DNA of 64,000 nucleotides from Gammaproteobacteria bacterium. GTDB lineage: Bacteria > Pseudomonadota > Gammaproteobacteria > GCA-001735895. The DNA is taken from positions 64,001 through 128,000 of the forward strand of contig JBNKUM010000101.1 in assembly GCA_050298595.1 (NCBI GenBank), given 5' to 3'. Positions within the stretch are counted from its first letter, which is position 1. Each line of letters begins with the position of its first letter. Positions 43,628 to 53,724 of the stretch are shown here, piece after piece. The position numbers were made by a program, and so were the translations under genes. A model generated the notes under the pieces. It was given only the letters and a program-made list of their open reading frames with translations, was not told the origin of the DNA and did no database searches.

Positions 43628-44224
43628 CTAAACGACCCGGTATCCAGCCTGTTCCAGCATGCTAGTCAAACGTATTAATGGCAAGCCTACCAGGGCAGTT
43701 GGGTCATCTCCAGATAGATAGCTGAAAAGACTAATACCATAGCCTTCAGATTTAAAGCTGCCTGCGCAGTTGTAGGGTTGCTCTACATGCAGGTAGTTTT
43801 CCAGCTGATCATCGCCAAGTTCACGAAATCCCACTCGAAACTCGATACAATCGGTGACCTGGAAGTTTTTATCAGCCTGCTGAACAGAGACTCCCGTATA
43901 AAAAACCACTTCACGACCACGGGCATTCTGTAACTGCCTGAGAGCATTCTCATGATTACCGGGTTTGCCCAGAATAGTACCGTCAAGATAGGCACATTGG
44001 TCTGAGCCGATTACCAGAGCAGTGGGGTTTTGCAGAGCAATATACTCTGCCTTTTGTCGCGCTAACCTGGATACATATTCAATAGCATCCTCATCGGGCA
44101 GTATTGATTCGTCGATATCAGGAGAAATTGATCTGAACGGGAAATTGAGGCGATTTAATAATTCCTGGCGAAAAGGCGAGCTTGAAGCAAGGATAACTTC
44201 AGGTAGATTCATGAATGGATTCAA
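43628..44224 (-). CDS. yceF: Maf family nucleoside triphosphate pyrophosphatase (YceF type)
   Basis: LASSSPFR, GSDQ, CAGSFKSEG and LVGLPL; divergent from yceD. Confidence 0.88.
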   Translation of the reverse strand: MNPFMNLPEVILASSSPFRQELLNRLNFPFRSISPDIDESILPDEDAIEYVSRLARQKAEYIALQNPTALVIGSDQCAYLDGTILGKPGNHENALRQLQNARGREVVFYTGVSVQQADKNFQVTDCIEFRVGFRELGDDQLENYLHVEQPYNCAGSFKSEGYGISLFSYLSGDDPTALVGLPLIRLTSMLEQAGYRVV

Positions 44225-44305
44225 CGTAATGCGGATAAAAAAGTGATTATATTATAAATTACTGTTTCCGGGCAGATAGAAATGGCCTATTTAATGCTTT
44301 AGGCG

Positions 44306-44341
44306 TAGACAAGAGGCTGAGGAAACGGTTAGAATCGCGCG
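44306..44341 (+). promoter_or_regulatory. sigma70 promoter of yceD-rpmF with GC-rich discriminator
   Basis: TAGACA-N18-TAGAAT-CGCGCG just upstream of the ATG. Confidence 0.55.
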
Positions 44342-44344
44342 TTT

Positions 44345-44854
44345 ATGCAAGGCAAGTTAAAACGTACTTATAGGACATCCTCCGAACTGACCCGAAAAGC
44401 TGATTATATCGGCGTAATCCCATTGACAGAAATGCCTAGATTACAGAGTCTTACTCTCCCATCTGAGGGTGAAGTCAGGGTGTCATTTAATTTCGGTTTT
44501 AACCTTTTAAAACATGCTGTGATAAAAGGTGAGTACGCTACGGATGTCGTGGTGGAATGCCAACGATGCCTTGAACCGATGACGCATACTATCGATCAGA
44601 GTTTTGAATTGCTGATTGATGCTAAAGATGAAGATATAGAATCTTTTCAGTTAGATTCGGTTTATACCAGTGAGGGTTATCTTGATGTATTTGAAGTGAT
44701 TGAAGATGAGCTGATACTGGCTCTCCCTATTATCATGATGCATAAAGATTCCTCCTGTAATACTTATTTGCAACCGGAGCCTGTAGAAGAGGTTGCGGTT
44801 GAGAAAAAAGACAATCCTTTCGCCGTATTAGAAACGTTGAAAGGCAGTAATTAA
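44345..44854 (+). CDS. yceD: YceD / DUF177 family protein
   Basis: CQRCL, EDELILALP and NPFAVL; directly upstream of rpmF. Confidence 0.92.
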   Translation: MQGKLKRTYRTSSELTRKADYIGVIPLTEMPRLQSLTLPSEGEVRVSFNFGFNLLKHAVIKGEYATDVVVECQRCLEPMTHTIDQSFELLIDAKDEDIESFQLDSVYTSEGYLDVFEVIEDELILALPIIMMHKDSSCNTYLQPEPVEEVAVEKKDNPFAVLETLKGSN

Positions 44855-44875
44855 CTTTAATGTTGGAGAATATCA

Positions 44876-45070
44876 ATGGCTGTTCAAAAAAGTCGTAAAA
44901 CCCCGTCTCGTCGTGGTATGCGTCGTTCACACGATGCTCTATCTGGACCAGCACTTTCAATCGAATCAACAACCGGTGAAACACATCTGCGTCATCACGT
45001 CAGTGAAGATGGTTTCTACCGTGGTCGCAAAGTGATCGCTGATAAAGTTGAAGCTGACGACGAAGAATAG
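44876..45070 (+). CDS. rpmF: 50S ribosomal protein L32
   Basis: [20 protein letters not shown]. Confidence 0.97.
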   Translation: MAVQKSRKTPSRRGMRRSHDALSGPALSIESTTGETHLRHHVSEDGFYRGRKVIADKVEADDEE

Positions 45071-45093
45071 TCACAATACTATCTTCACTCTAT

Positions 45094-45124
45094 ACGGGCG
45101 GGAACATACCGCCCGTTATTGTTT
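45094..45124 (+). terminator. hairpin or leaky terminator after rpmF
   Basis: ACGGGCGG-N7-CCGCCCGT followed by TATTGTTT. Confidence 0.5.
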
Positions 45125-45141
45125 ATAGCGCCAAAAAAAAT

Positions 45142-46170
45142 ATGATAAAAAAGATTGCTATCGATGCGATGGGTGGTGACTTCGGTCCCTCTGTCACATT
45201 GCCAGCCGCTTATAAAGCGGTAACAGAATATTCTGACATTGAACTCGTTCTGGTCGGACAGCAGGAAAAACTGGAACAGGAGTTTAAAAAACTTGGATTG
45301 AAATCTGATTCCAGAATCAGCATTCACCATGCATCCGAAATTGTTACAATGGATGAATCCCCAGCTGTCGCGTTGAAGAAGAAAAAAGATTCTTCTATGC
45401 GAGTGGCTATCAACCTGGTCAAAGAGGGTGTTGTTGATGCCTGTATTAGTGCGGGCAATACCGGTGCCCTTATGGCTACCGGAAAGTTTGTATTAAAAAC
45501 TATACCCGGCATCAGTCGGCCAGCAATCTGTACTGCTTTACCTACTATTTCGGGTCATACCCACATGCTTGATCTAGGTGCAAATATCGATTGTACGCCT
45601 GAGCATTTATTACAGTTTGCAATAATGGGGTCAGTGTTGTGTGAGTCGGTCGATGAAAAAGAAAACCCCAGTATAGGTCTATTGAATATTGGTTCCGAAG
45701 CAATCAAGGGTAACGAGGTTGTGAAGCAGGCCAGTCAACTGATAGCTCAGACCAGTTTGAATTATAATGGCTTTATCGAAGGAGATGATATCTATACTGG
45801 TAAGGTTGATGTTGTGGTATCCGATGGTTTTGTAGGTAATGTTTCATTGAAAACAGCCGAAGGGCTTGCGTCAATGGTGACTACTGTTTTAAAACAGTCA
45901 TTCAAGAAAAACCTGTTCACTAAACTTGCCGCTCTGATTTCAATGCCGGTATTAAATACGGTAAAACACACGCTTGATCCGCGTCAATATAATGGTGCCA
46001 GTCTGCTGGGGTTAAATGGCATTGTTATTAAAAGCCACGGAAGTGCCGATGTGGATTCCTTCTTTAATGCCATCAAAATTGCCAGTATCGAAATCGACAA
46101 ATCAGTGCCAGAGCGCATTAATCAGAAAGTAGAACAATACCTGCCTGAGAAAGAGGAGAAGATTGCATGA
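45142..46170 (+). CDS. plsX: phosphate acyltransferase
   Basis: [19 protein letters not shown] and KSHG. Confidence 0.97.
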   Translation: MIKKIAIDAMGGDFGPSVTLPAAYKAVTEYSDIELVLVGQQEKLEQEFKKLGLKSDSRISIHHASEIVTMDESPAVALKKKKDSSMRVAINLVKEGVVDACISAGNTGALMATGKFVLKTIPGISRPAICTALPTISGHTHMLDLGANIDCTPEHLLQFAIMGSVLCESVDEKENPSIGLLNIGSEAIKGNEVVKQASQLIAQTSLNYNGFIEGDDIYTGKVDVVVSDGFVGNVSLKTAEGLASMVTTVLKQSFKKNLFTKLAALISMPVLNTVKHTLDPRQYNGASLLGLNGIVIKSHGSADVDSFFNAIKIASIEIDKSVPERINQKVEQYLPEKEEKIA

Positions 46171-47135
46171 CTTATGCTCGAATAACTGGAACTGGAAGCT
46201 ATTTGCCAGAGAAGGTTTTAACCAACTTTGATCTGGAAAAAATTGTTGATACGACTGACCAATGGATTCGTGAACGCACAGGTATTGAAAAACGTCACAT
46301 CGCTATAGATGGACAGAATACAGTCGATCTTGCTGAACGCGCTGCACGCAACGCGATTGAAGCTGCAGGATTAAAACCTCAGGATATTGATCTGATTGTT
46401 GTGGCAACTACAACTGCAGATAGAGTCTTCCCCAGTACTGCCTGTTTGTTGCAATCTCGTCTTGATATTCACGGCTGTGCAGCTTTCGATATACAGGCAG
46501 TGTGTACAGGGTTTATCTATGCACTAGGCGTAGCTGAAAAATTCATTAAAACAGGTAGTGCTAGTCGTGCACTGGTAGTAGGAGCCGAAACCTTTTCTCG
46601 TCTGCTTAACTGGAATGATCGTGGCACCTGTGTGTTATTTGGAGACGGTGCCGGTGCCGTGGTGCTGGAAGCGGACGAAGAAACCGGAATACTATCCGCC
46701 CATCTACATGCAGACGGTGACTATGAAGCCTTACTGCGCGTTCCTTACGGCCCATCTCAAGGCTTTGAGGTCATGAATGAAATTAATACCAAGGTTGAGA
46801 TGCGAGGCAACGAAGTGTTCAAAATGGCGGTAAATACATTAGGCCGAATCGTTGATGAAACCCTGCAAGCCAATGATCTTGAAAGAACCGATATCGACTG
46901 GTTAGTACCTCATCAGGCTAATTTACGCATCATACATGCCACTGCCAGAAAATTGAAGATGCCACTCGATAGAGTCGTAATAACTGTTCAGGAACAGGGT
47001 AACACCTCGGCTGCATCGGTTCCGCTTGCGCTGGATACAGCGGTACGCGATGGACGTATTAAAAAAGGTGAGATGTTATTACTCGAAGCCTTTGGAGGTG
47101 GATTTACCTGGGGTTCGGCCTTAGTCCGTTACTAA
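46167..47135 (+). CDS. fabH: beta-ketoacyl-ACP synthase III
   Basis: AVCTGF, FGDGAGA, PHQAN and GNTSAAS. Confidence 0.97.
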   Translation: MTYARITGTGSYLPEKVLTNFDLEKIVDTTDQWIRERTGIEKRHIAIDGQNTVDLAERAARNAIEAAGLKPQDIDLIVVATTTADRVFPSTACLLQSRLDIHGCAAFDIQAVCTGFIYALGVAEKFIKTGSASRALVVGAETFSRLLNWNDRGTCVLFGDGAGAVVLEADEETGILSAHLHADGDYEALLRVPYGPSQGFEVMNEINTKVEMRGNEVFKMAVNTLGRIVDETLQANDLERTDIDWLVPHQANLRIIHATARKLKMPLDRVVITVQEQGNTSAASVPLALDTAVRDGRIKKGEMLLLEAFGGGFTWGSALVRY

Positions 47136-47162
47136 CTTTGTCTGGACTGTAAATTCAAATCC

Positions 47163-47636
47163 ATGGCATACGAAATAGAACGAAAATTTTTACTTGCCTC
47201 GGATACCTGGCGCGATCAGGTTTACCGCACTATCCATATCCAGCAGGCCTATCTGTGCAATACCGACAAAGCCTCATTAAGAATCCGCAGCACCGACGAT
47301 AAAGGCTATTTTAGCAGCAAGTCGATGACGAAAGACATTCGACGTCATGAGTTCGAATATGAAATACCTCTCTTTGATGCCGAATTTATGATCCTTCATA
47401 TGTGCCAGGGCAGTGCCATTAAAAAAGACAGGCATCTCGTTAAAATTGATCAGCATATCTGGGAAATCGATGAGTTTTATGGTGATAATGCGGGCCTTAT
47501 TGTCGCCGAAATCGAACTGGGACACGAGCAGGAGGCCTTCACTCGTCCTTCCTGGGCAGGGCAGGAGGTTTCCACTGATACCCGATATTTCAATATGTCT
47601 TTGGTCAATAATCCCTATAAAAATTGGACTACATGA
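47163..47636 (+). CDS. CYTH domain protein (triphosphate tunnel metalloenzyme)
   Basis: EIERKFL, EFEYEIP and WEIDEF...AEIEL. Confidence 0.92.
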   Translation: MAYEIERKFLLASDTWRDQVYRTIHIQQAYLCNTDKASLRIRSTDDKGYFSSKSMTKDIRRHEFEYEIPLFDAEFMILHMCQGSAIKKDRHLVKIDQHIWEIDEFYGDNAGLIVAEIELGHEQEAFTRPSWAGQEVSTDTRYFNMSLVNNPYKNWTT

Positions 47637-47681
47637 AGTAAGGATTTCTGCTATAGTTGTAGGACACTTTGAGGCAGATAT

Positions 47682-48344
47682 ATGATTAACGTACTCCTGA
47701 CTGATGACCATGCCCTGGTCCGAACTGGTATCAAGCGACTTCTCGAAGATAGCAAGCAGATTAAGATTGTTGGCGAGGCTGATTGCGGTGAAGCCTGCAT
47801 CTCACTTGTTGCAGATCTAAAACCTGATGTTATTCTTATGGATGTTAATATGCCTGGTATGGGCGGTGTAGAAGCCTGTCGACGTATCCTGCAGCGTGAT
47901 CCCACGCAAAAAATTATCATTCTTACTATCCATACCGAGCAGACATTCCCCAAACGTCTTTTAGAAATCGGTGCGCGCGGTTACCTGACTAAAGAATGCG
48001 ATTCCAGTGAAATGTTGAATGCTATCAAACAGGTGCATATGGGGGGGTCTTATATTGAGCCTCGTATCGCCCAGCAACTGGCATTATCATTACTGCCCGG
48101 AAATGAAGAAAACCCGGTAGATCGGCTCTCCAGGCGAGAATTTCAGGTCATGCTGATGATCTCTCAGGGTTTAAGTAATAACGAAATTTCAGAGCGTTTG
48201 TGCCTTAGCCCCAAAACAGTCAGCACCTATCGCTCGCGCTTACTTGAAAAGCTGGGCGCGCATAATGAAGTCGATTTAATCCGTATCGCAGTAGAGCAGG
48301 GCATGGTTGATTTTGCACAGTCTGACTCTAGTCTCTCTGGCTGA
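47682..48344 (+). CDS. uvrY: UvrY/GacA response regulator
   Basis: Receiver plus LuxR HTH (LCLSPKTVSTYR); directly upstream of uvrC. Confidence 0.9.
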   Translation: MINVLLTDDHALVRTGIKRLLEDSKQIKIVGEADCGEACISLVADLKPDVILMDVNMPGMGGVEACRRILQRDPTQKIIILTIHTEQTFPKRLLEIGARGYLTKECDSSEMLNAIKQVHMGGSYIEPRIAQQLALSLLPGNEENPVDRLSRREFQVMLMISQGLSNNEISERLCLSPKTVSTYRSRLLEKLGAHNEVDLIRIAVEQGMVDFAQSDSSLSG

Positions 48345-48390
48345 ACCAATAAGCCCTGCGTGGCTGAATTAAAGTCGCCACAGATAATAA

Positions 48391-50235
48391 ATGGTTAATG
48401 AAAAAACAAATAATCAAGCAGATTTTGATGCTCAGACCTTCCTGAAATCTGTCAATAATCTGCCAGGCGTCTATCGCATGATCGATAGCAAAAAGCAGGT
48501 GATCTATGTCGGTAAGGCCAAAGACCTAAAGAAACGCCTCTCCAGTTATTTCCGTAAAACAGGCCTGTCTCCCAAGACTCAGTCCATGGTCAGGCATATC
48601 AAAGCCATAGAGGTGATTAATACGCGTACCGAAAGCGAAGCGTTAATCCTCGAAAATGATTTGATCAAAAATCTAAACCCACGCTATAACATCCTGTTTA
48701 GAGATGATAAAAGCTATCCTTATATTCAATTAACCAGACACGAATTCCCAAGACTTAAGGTCTATCGTGGCACAACGAATAGCCGTAAGGGGCAATTCTT
48801 TGGACCCTTCCCCAGTGTCGCAGCAATTCGCTATACTATTCAGCATTTACAGCGCATTTTCAAGCTACGTAACTGCGAAGATTCAGTGCTTAAAAATCGC
48901 AGTCGGCCTTGTCTGCAATATCAAATTAAACGTTGTACGGCCCCCTGTGTAAACAAGGTCAGCAAAGAAGAGTATCAGCAGCAAATCCATCAGGCAGAAC
49001 TCTTTCTTAAGGGACAAAATGAAACCCTGATATCAAACCATGTGGAACTCATGCAACAGGCATCGGCAAATCTTGAATTTGAAAAAGCCGCCGAATACCG
49101 AGATAACATCGAACAGCTGCGCAAGGTGAATGAAAAACAGTTTGTAACCGGGTTTAGTAGTAATCTGGATATCATCGCCTGTGTATTGCAACAGGAGTAC
49201 TGCTGCATACAGGTTTTCATGATCCGCAGCGGCACTTCGCTAGGCAACAAGCCTTTCTTTATTCGTATCAAGCTCGATTCCGAGCCCGCAGAAATCCTCG
49301 AAACCTTTCTGGTGCAGCATTATTCGCGTCATCCTGTACCTGGTGAGATAATCGTCAATCAGGAACTGGAAAATATACCATTGATGGAGCAAACCCTGTC
49401 CAGTTTCGCCAACAGCAAGGTGAGCGTAAAGAATCATGTACGCGAAAAACGCAAACACGCACTCGAAATGGCAGAGCGCAATGCCGTCGAATCCCTGCAG
49501 CGTCATCTGCAATCATCCACTAATTTAAACAAGCGCTACCAGTCATTGATCGAAGCGCTGAACCTGACTGAAGCGCCGCAACGTATGGAATGTTTTGATA
49601 TCAGCCACACTATGGGTGAGGCCACAAAAGCATCCTGCGTGGTATTCGGGCAGGAAGGCGCGATTAAATCCGATTATCGTATCTATAATATTCGCGATAT
49701 CACCGAAGGCGATGATTATGCCGCGATGCGACAGGTACTTACGCGCCGCTATGACAAACTCAAACATCAACCCGAGAATATGCCTGATGTGATCTTTATT
49801 GATGGCGGAAAAGGGCAGTTGCATAGTGCACTGGACGTGATGGAAATGCTTGAAGTTTTCGAAGCCAAGCCAGGGCTACGCGTGATCGGTATTGCCAAAG
49901 GAGCCGAACGCAGAGCAGGGTACGAAAGCATACTCGATGAAAACTATAACGAACTACGAATACCGATGGACTCGCCATCCTTATTACTGATCCAGCAAAT
50001 CCGCGATGAAGCGCACCGCTTTGCAATTACTGGGCACCGTAAGGCCAGAGGCAAAGCGCGTAGAACCTCCCGGCTGGAAGAAATACCCGGAATAGGGGCA
50101 AAGCGACGTCAGATGCTATTACAAAAATTTGGCGGCCTACAGGGAGTGAAATCAGCCGGAATTGAAGAGTTGATGCAGATAAAAGGGATAAATCGCGAGA
50201 CCGCGCAGATCATTTATGATACCTTTCACGGCTAG
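48391..50235 (+). CDS. uvrC: excinuclease ABC subunit C
   Basis: PGVYRM...YVGKA GIY-YIG domain, CFDISH, IDGGKGQ, RDEAHRFA and HhH. Confidence 0.97.
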   Translation: MVNEKTNNQADFDAQTFLKSVNNLPGVYRMIDSKKQVIYVGKAKDLKKRLSSYFRKTGLSPKTQSMVRHIKAIEVINTRTESEALILENDLIKNLNPRYNILFRDDKSYPYIQLTRHEFPRLKVYRGTTNSRKGQFFGPFPSVAAIRYTIQHLQRIFKLRNCEDSVLKNRSRPCLQYQIKRCTAPCVNKVSKEEYQQQIHQAELFLKGQNETLISNHVELMQQASANLEFEKAAEYRDNIEQLRKVNEKQFVTGFSSNLDIIACVLQQEYCCIQVFMIRSGTSLGNKPFFIRIKLDSEPAEILETFLVQHYSRHPVPGEIIVNQELENIPLMEQTLSSFANSKVSVKNHVREKRKHALEMAERNAVESLQRHLQSSTNLNKRYQSLIEALNLTEAPQRMECFDISHTMGEATKASCVVFGQEGAIKSDYRIYNIRDITEGDDYAAMRQVLTRRYDKLKHQPENMPDVIFIDGGKGQLHSALDVMEMLEVFEAKPGLRVIGIAKGAERRAGYESILDENYNELRIPMDSPSLLLIQQIRDEAHRFAITGHRKARGKARRTSRLEEIPGIGAKRRQMLLQKFGGLQGVKSAGIEELMQIKGINRETAQIIYDTFHG

Positions 50236-50250
50236 CAAACTTTGTCAATT

Positions 50251-50811
50251 ATGAAGTTAACACTCCCCACTACGCTAACCTTATTCAGGATTATTCTAAT
50301 CCCGATATTTGTCCTGGTATTTTACCTGCCGACAAGTTGGGCGCATGCTGCTGCCGCTATTATTTATGCGGTTGCCAGCGTAACCGACTGGTTTGATGGA
50401 TATCTTGCACGAGTGTTAAATCAGGAGAGTGCCTTCGGGGCTTTTCTCGATCCGGTAGCAGATAAGCTGATGGTCGCGGTCGCGATCATACTGCTGGTAG
50501 AGGCAAATCCTGGCTTATTGATTGTAATACCCTCTATTATCATTATCAGCCGTGAGATCACCGTATCAGCACTTAGAGAATGGATGGCAGAGCTGGGCAG
50601 TAGAACCACCGTAAAAGTGAGTTTTGTTGGCAAGGCAAAAACCACTGCACAAATGTTTTCGCTATTTTTAATGATCTATCATCAGGAATTACTCGGCATA
50701 CCTATGTATGAAGTGGGCATGGCATTTTATTATCTGTCTGCAATCCTGACCATATACTCCATGATGATCTACCTGAAAGCCGCATGGCCAGTGATGCGTA
50801 GCAACGGGTAA
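50251..50811 (+). CDS. pgsA: CDP-diacylglycerol--glycerol-3-phosphate 3-phosphatidyltransferase
   Basis: TDWFDGYLAR...GAFLDPVADK; uvrC-pgsA-tRNA synteny. Confidence 0.96.
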   Translation: MKLTLPTTLTLFRIILIPIFVLVFYLPTSWAHAAAAIIYAVASVTDWFDGYLARVLNQESAFGAFLDPVADKLMVAVAIILLVEANPGLLIVIPSIIIISREITVSALREWMAELGSRTTVKVSFVGKAKTTAQMFSLFLMIYHQELLGIPMYEVGMAFYYLSAILTIYSMMIYLKAAWPVMRSNG

Positions 50812-50930
50812 AAGAGACCCTGATTGTTTCTTGATTGTGAGAAATTTCAGTTGCAACAGAAATAATTCAAGCCCTGAGAACAGGTGTTAAGAAATCTTTA
50901 AAAAACATTGAGAAATAGGGTGATTACACC

Positions 50931-50958
50931 TTGACAGAAAAAGCTCAATGGCTAGAAT
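50931..50958 (+). promoter_or_regulatory. sigma70 promoter of the tRNA operon
   Basis: TTGACA-N16-TAGAAT, 12 nt before tRNA-Gly. Confidence 0.8.
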
Positions 50959-50970
50959 ATCGCCTCTTTC

Positions 50971-51046
50971 GCGGGAATAGCTCAGCTGGTAGAGCACAAC
51001 CTTGCCAAGGTTGGGGTCGCGAGTTCGAATCTCGTTTCCCGCTCCA
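50971..51046 (+). tRNA. tRNA-Gly(GCC)
   Basis: GCGGGAATAGCTCAG...CTTGCCAAG...GTTCGAATC...CCCGCTCCA. Confidence 0.98.
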
Positions 51047-51115
51047 ATTTTAAGCCTCGTGATAATCGAGGCTTTTTGGTTTTAAAAGCGTTAAAATTAT
51101 CAAAGACATATCACT

Positions 51116-51189
51116 GGCTGGGTGGCAGAGTGGTTATGCAGCGGCCTGCAAAGCCGTGGACGGCGGTTCGATTCCGCCCTCAGCCTCCA
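51116..51189 (+). tRNA. tRNA-Cys(GCA)
   Basis: GGCTGGGTGGCAGAGTGG...CTGCAAA...TTCGATT...CAGCCTCCA. Confidence 0.97.
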
Positions 51190-51398
51190 TATGTTATGTC
51201 ATTGTTAACCATTAAACGCTTTTATAGCATGTTGTCATTGTGAGCAAAGCGCGGCAATCTTTAGACGGTTGCCACTGCTAGCAAGCAATATCAATCATGA
51301 AGTCCACTCAGTACTGCCGGGGTGGCGTTGTGGTAGACAGTAGTTCTCCGAACTACCATGATATTCAATAAGGGCAATAGATTTACAAGCTACTCGAC

Positions 51399-51485
51399 GC
51401 CCGGGTGGCGAAATTGGTAGACGCAAGGGACTTAAAATCCCTCGGTGGAAACACCGTGCCGGTTCGACTCCGGCCCCGGGCACCA
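51399..51485 (+). tRNA. tRNA-Leu(TAA)
   Basis: GCCCGGGTGGCGAAATTGGTAGAC...AGGGA-CTTAAAA-TCCCT, long variable arm and CCA end. Confidence 0.97.
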
Positions 51486-51913
51486 TTTGAAATCAATGAT
51501 TTATAGATTTTCCCTTCTTTTCTTATTTGACTGATGAAAGTCAGTGTAGGCAGTTCAATTCTAAAGATTTATTAATTTTTAATACACTTCTTACCAAGAT
51601 ATTTTGTGTTCCCTAAAATTGTATTCATATTTAAAAAAATATTTATAAGTAATTATCTTTAGACCATATATAAATCTTTACCTGAGATTTTAATAAAATT
51701 ACTCGACGTATTCTTTTATTAAATTATCAACCGGTTAAATAAAAAAATTATCAAGGAGGGGCAGTAACATGAATCAGTAAAATTCAACTGAAAAAATTTC
51801 TCCTCAGAAAAATTTGTGGGTAGTTTCTAGTACGAGTAAAGCTACAAGTGTATGGTACAGCGCGATTTGAGCAGCATAAAAGGTTCTAAATCCATAGGCT
51901 TTTCTGGTGGTTT

Positions 51914-51943
51914 CTCGTTCCCAAGCACTGTGTGGGAATGCAT
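51914..51943. repeat. REP-like palindrome
   Basis: CTCGTTCCCAAGCACTGTGTGGGAATGCA, an imperfect hairpin of TCGTTCCCAC...GTGGGAATGC type. Confidence 0.5.
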
Positions 51944-52014
51944 ATAGCATCTGACGAGTTTGGATTTCACACGCCTTGGCTTTCCTTGCTCCGTAGCATC
52001 TTTCTAAAAGACGT

Positions 52015-52290
52015 GCGAGTCACTTCTTTCCAACAGCTGAAAGAAGTAACCAAGAAAGCTGCCCTACGCAATCCCTTATCTCGTCAAAAGTAGGGTCAAA
52101 TCGCGGTCGGGTCAGACCCGTTCCCGACGCGGCTGTCTCTCAAATGGCATCCTTGCCATTTGACCCCGATTTGACCGTACTTTTACCGCGGGCTTGAAGG
52201 GAGAAAAAAGCGGAAAAACAAAATTGTCTGGAACAATATTGAACAGCTTCAACTGCCCCGAAGGGTGGAGGACAGGAAGTCCAGAATAAT
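52015..52290. repeat. GC-richer nested palindromic element(s)
   Basis: 23-bp inverted repeat at 52086-52108 / 52162-52184 (21/23), inner hairpin TCAAATGGCA-tcct-TGCCATTTGA, and a 5' hairpin ACTTCTTTC...GAAAGAAGT. Confidence 0.6.
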
Positions 52291-52529
52291 GACATCCCAA
52301 TTAAGTGGCCTGTGGCTCCATGAAAGTTGAGCCAAACTCTTCACCCCTAATTTTTGATCAAACATCTTTTGAACTCTAAGCATGACCAGTTGATTGCTTA
52401 CAAACTTTACCTTTTTGGAGAAAAGATTTTAATAGTAAAATTAACCGTTTAAGTAATTAAACAGTCCTGGTTTTAGATGATATTTTACTATAATCAATAA
52501 CTTAGTTACGACCGACCCGGTTTAGTCGA

Positions 52530-53245
52530 ACGTCGAATGAAAAAAAGCACTGAATTTACTGGGGATCCCGGGCAGTTGTGAAAAAGCCAGAAAGACGATG
52601 AAAGAAGCTGGTGTTGCCGTTAAACACAGGATGAAATACAAGGTCACCACGAACAGTAATCATAAGCAACTTGTTTTCGATAACCTGTTACAGCGAGACT
52701 ATACCTCCGCCCAGGCGGATCAGGTCTATGCTGCAGATGTGACTTATATATGGACGCAGGACGGCTGGTTATACCGGGACGTTGTGATTGACCTGTTCTC
52801 GCGTAAAGTGGTGGGGTGGAGTATGAGTAGTCGAATGAAAGCACAGCTGATCTGTGATGCCCTGAAGATGGCAATATGGCGAAGACATCCAAAGCCTGGA
52901 CTGATCCACCATTCTGATCAAGGCAGTCAGTATGCCAGTCATGAATTTAGAACACTGCTCCAGATGAATGGGATACGGTGTAGCATGAGACGAAAAGGAG
53001 ACTGCTGGGACAATGCTGTAGTTGAAAGCAACATTGGCACCTTAAAACAGAAACAGGTGCACTGGAGGAACTATCAAACCCGTCTCTAAGCTCAGCAGGA
53101 TATATTGCAGTACATAGCCTTTTTTTATAATGGTTGCCGGTTACATTCGACACTAAATTAAGTCAGTCCGATTGAATATGAAAGACAATTTAATGAAATG
53201 AAAAAAGTAGCTTAACTGAGTGTACAAAAATGCTTGCCCACGTCA
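52530..53245 (+). mobile_element. IS3 family transposase OrfB remnant (pseudogene)
   Basis: TTNSNH, ADVTYIWT, DLFSRKVVGW, HSDQGSQYAS and GDCWDNAVVES. Premature stops; OrfA absent. Confidence 0.9.
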
Positions 53246-53724
53246 CGGATCACTGGGTAAGAGAGCAATTGTTTAAGATGTTTTGATAGAAGGGCCGGAG
53301 CAGAAGAGATTTTAATTCCATAATGGTTGAGTTTTTGATGAGTCAAATGTAAGGCTGACCCGAATGTTACTAAGTTAAGGTGTACTTCTATCTCAAAATC
53401 AACAGATTAACCCAAATGTGGTACCTTTTACACGCCAGGTTGCCACATACTAAATTTACTTAACTTAGTTGTCTTTCAAGGCTGATCTCGATTTTTATAC
53501 AATTTTTGTTTATTGTTATACGAGTAGGGAGTTTAAAAAGGGGGCATTATAATTCATAAAGCAATTGTTTTTATTGCTCTATGCACCATAATACTGAAAA
53601 TTTTTTCGCTACTTTTTGACAACTAGAGCAAAAAATGTAATAAATTGCTTCTACGGATATTTTGTTCGCTGTTGCTCTCTAATTTCTGTAGAGCGTGGTG
53701 TCATCCCCACATAGGAAAGTGAAA

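Noticed and set aside
51295-51486. 63-aa minus-strand ORF
   Set aside because: It is the antisense shadow of tRNA-Leu.
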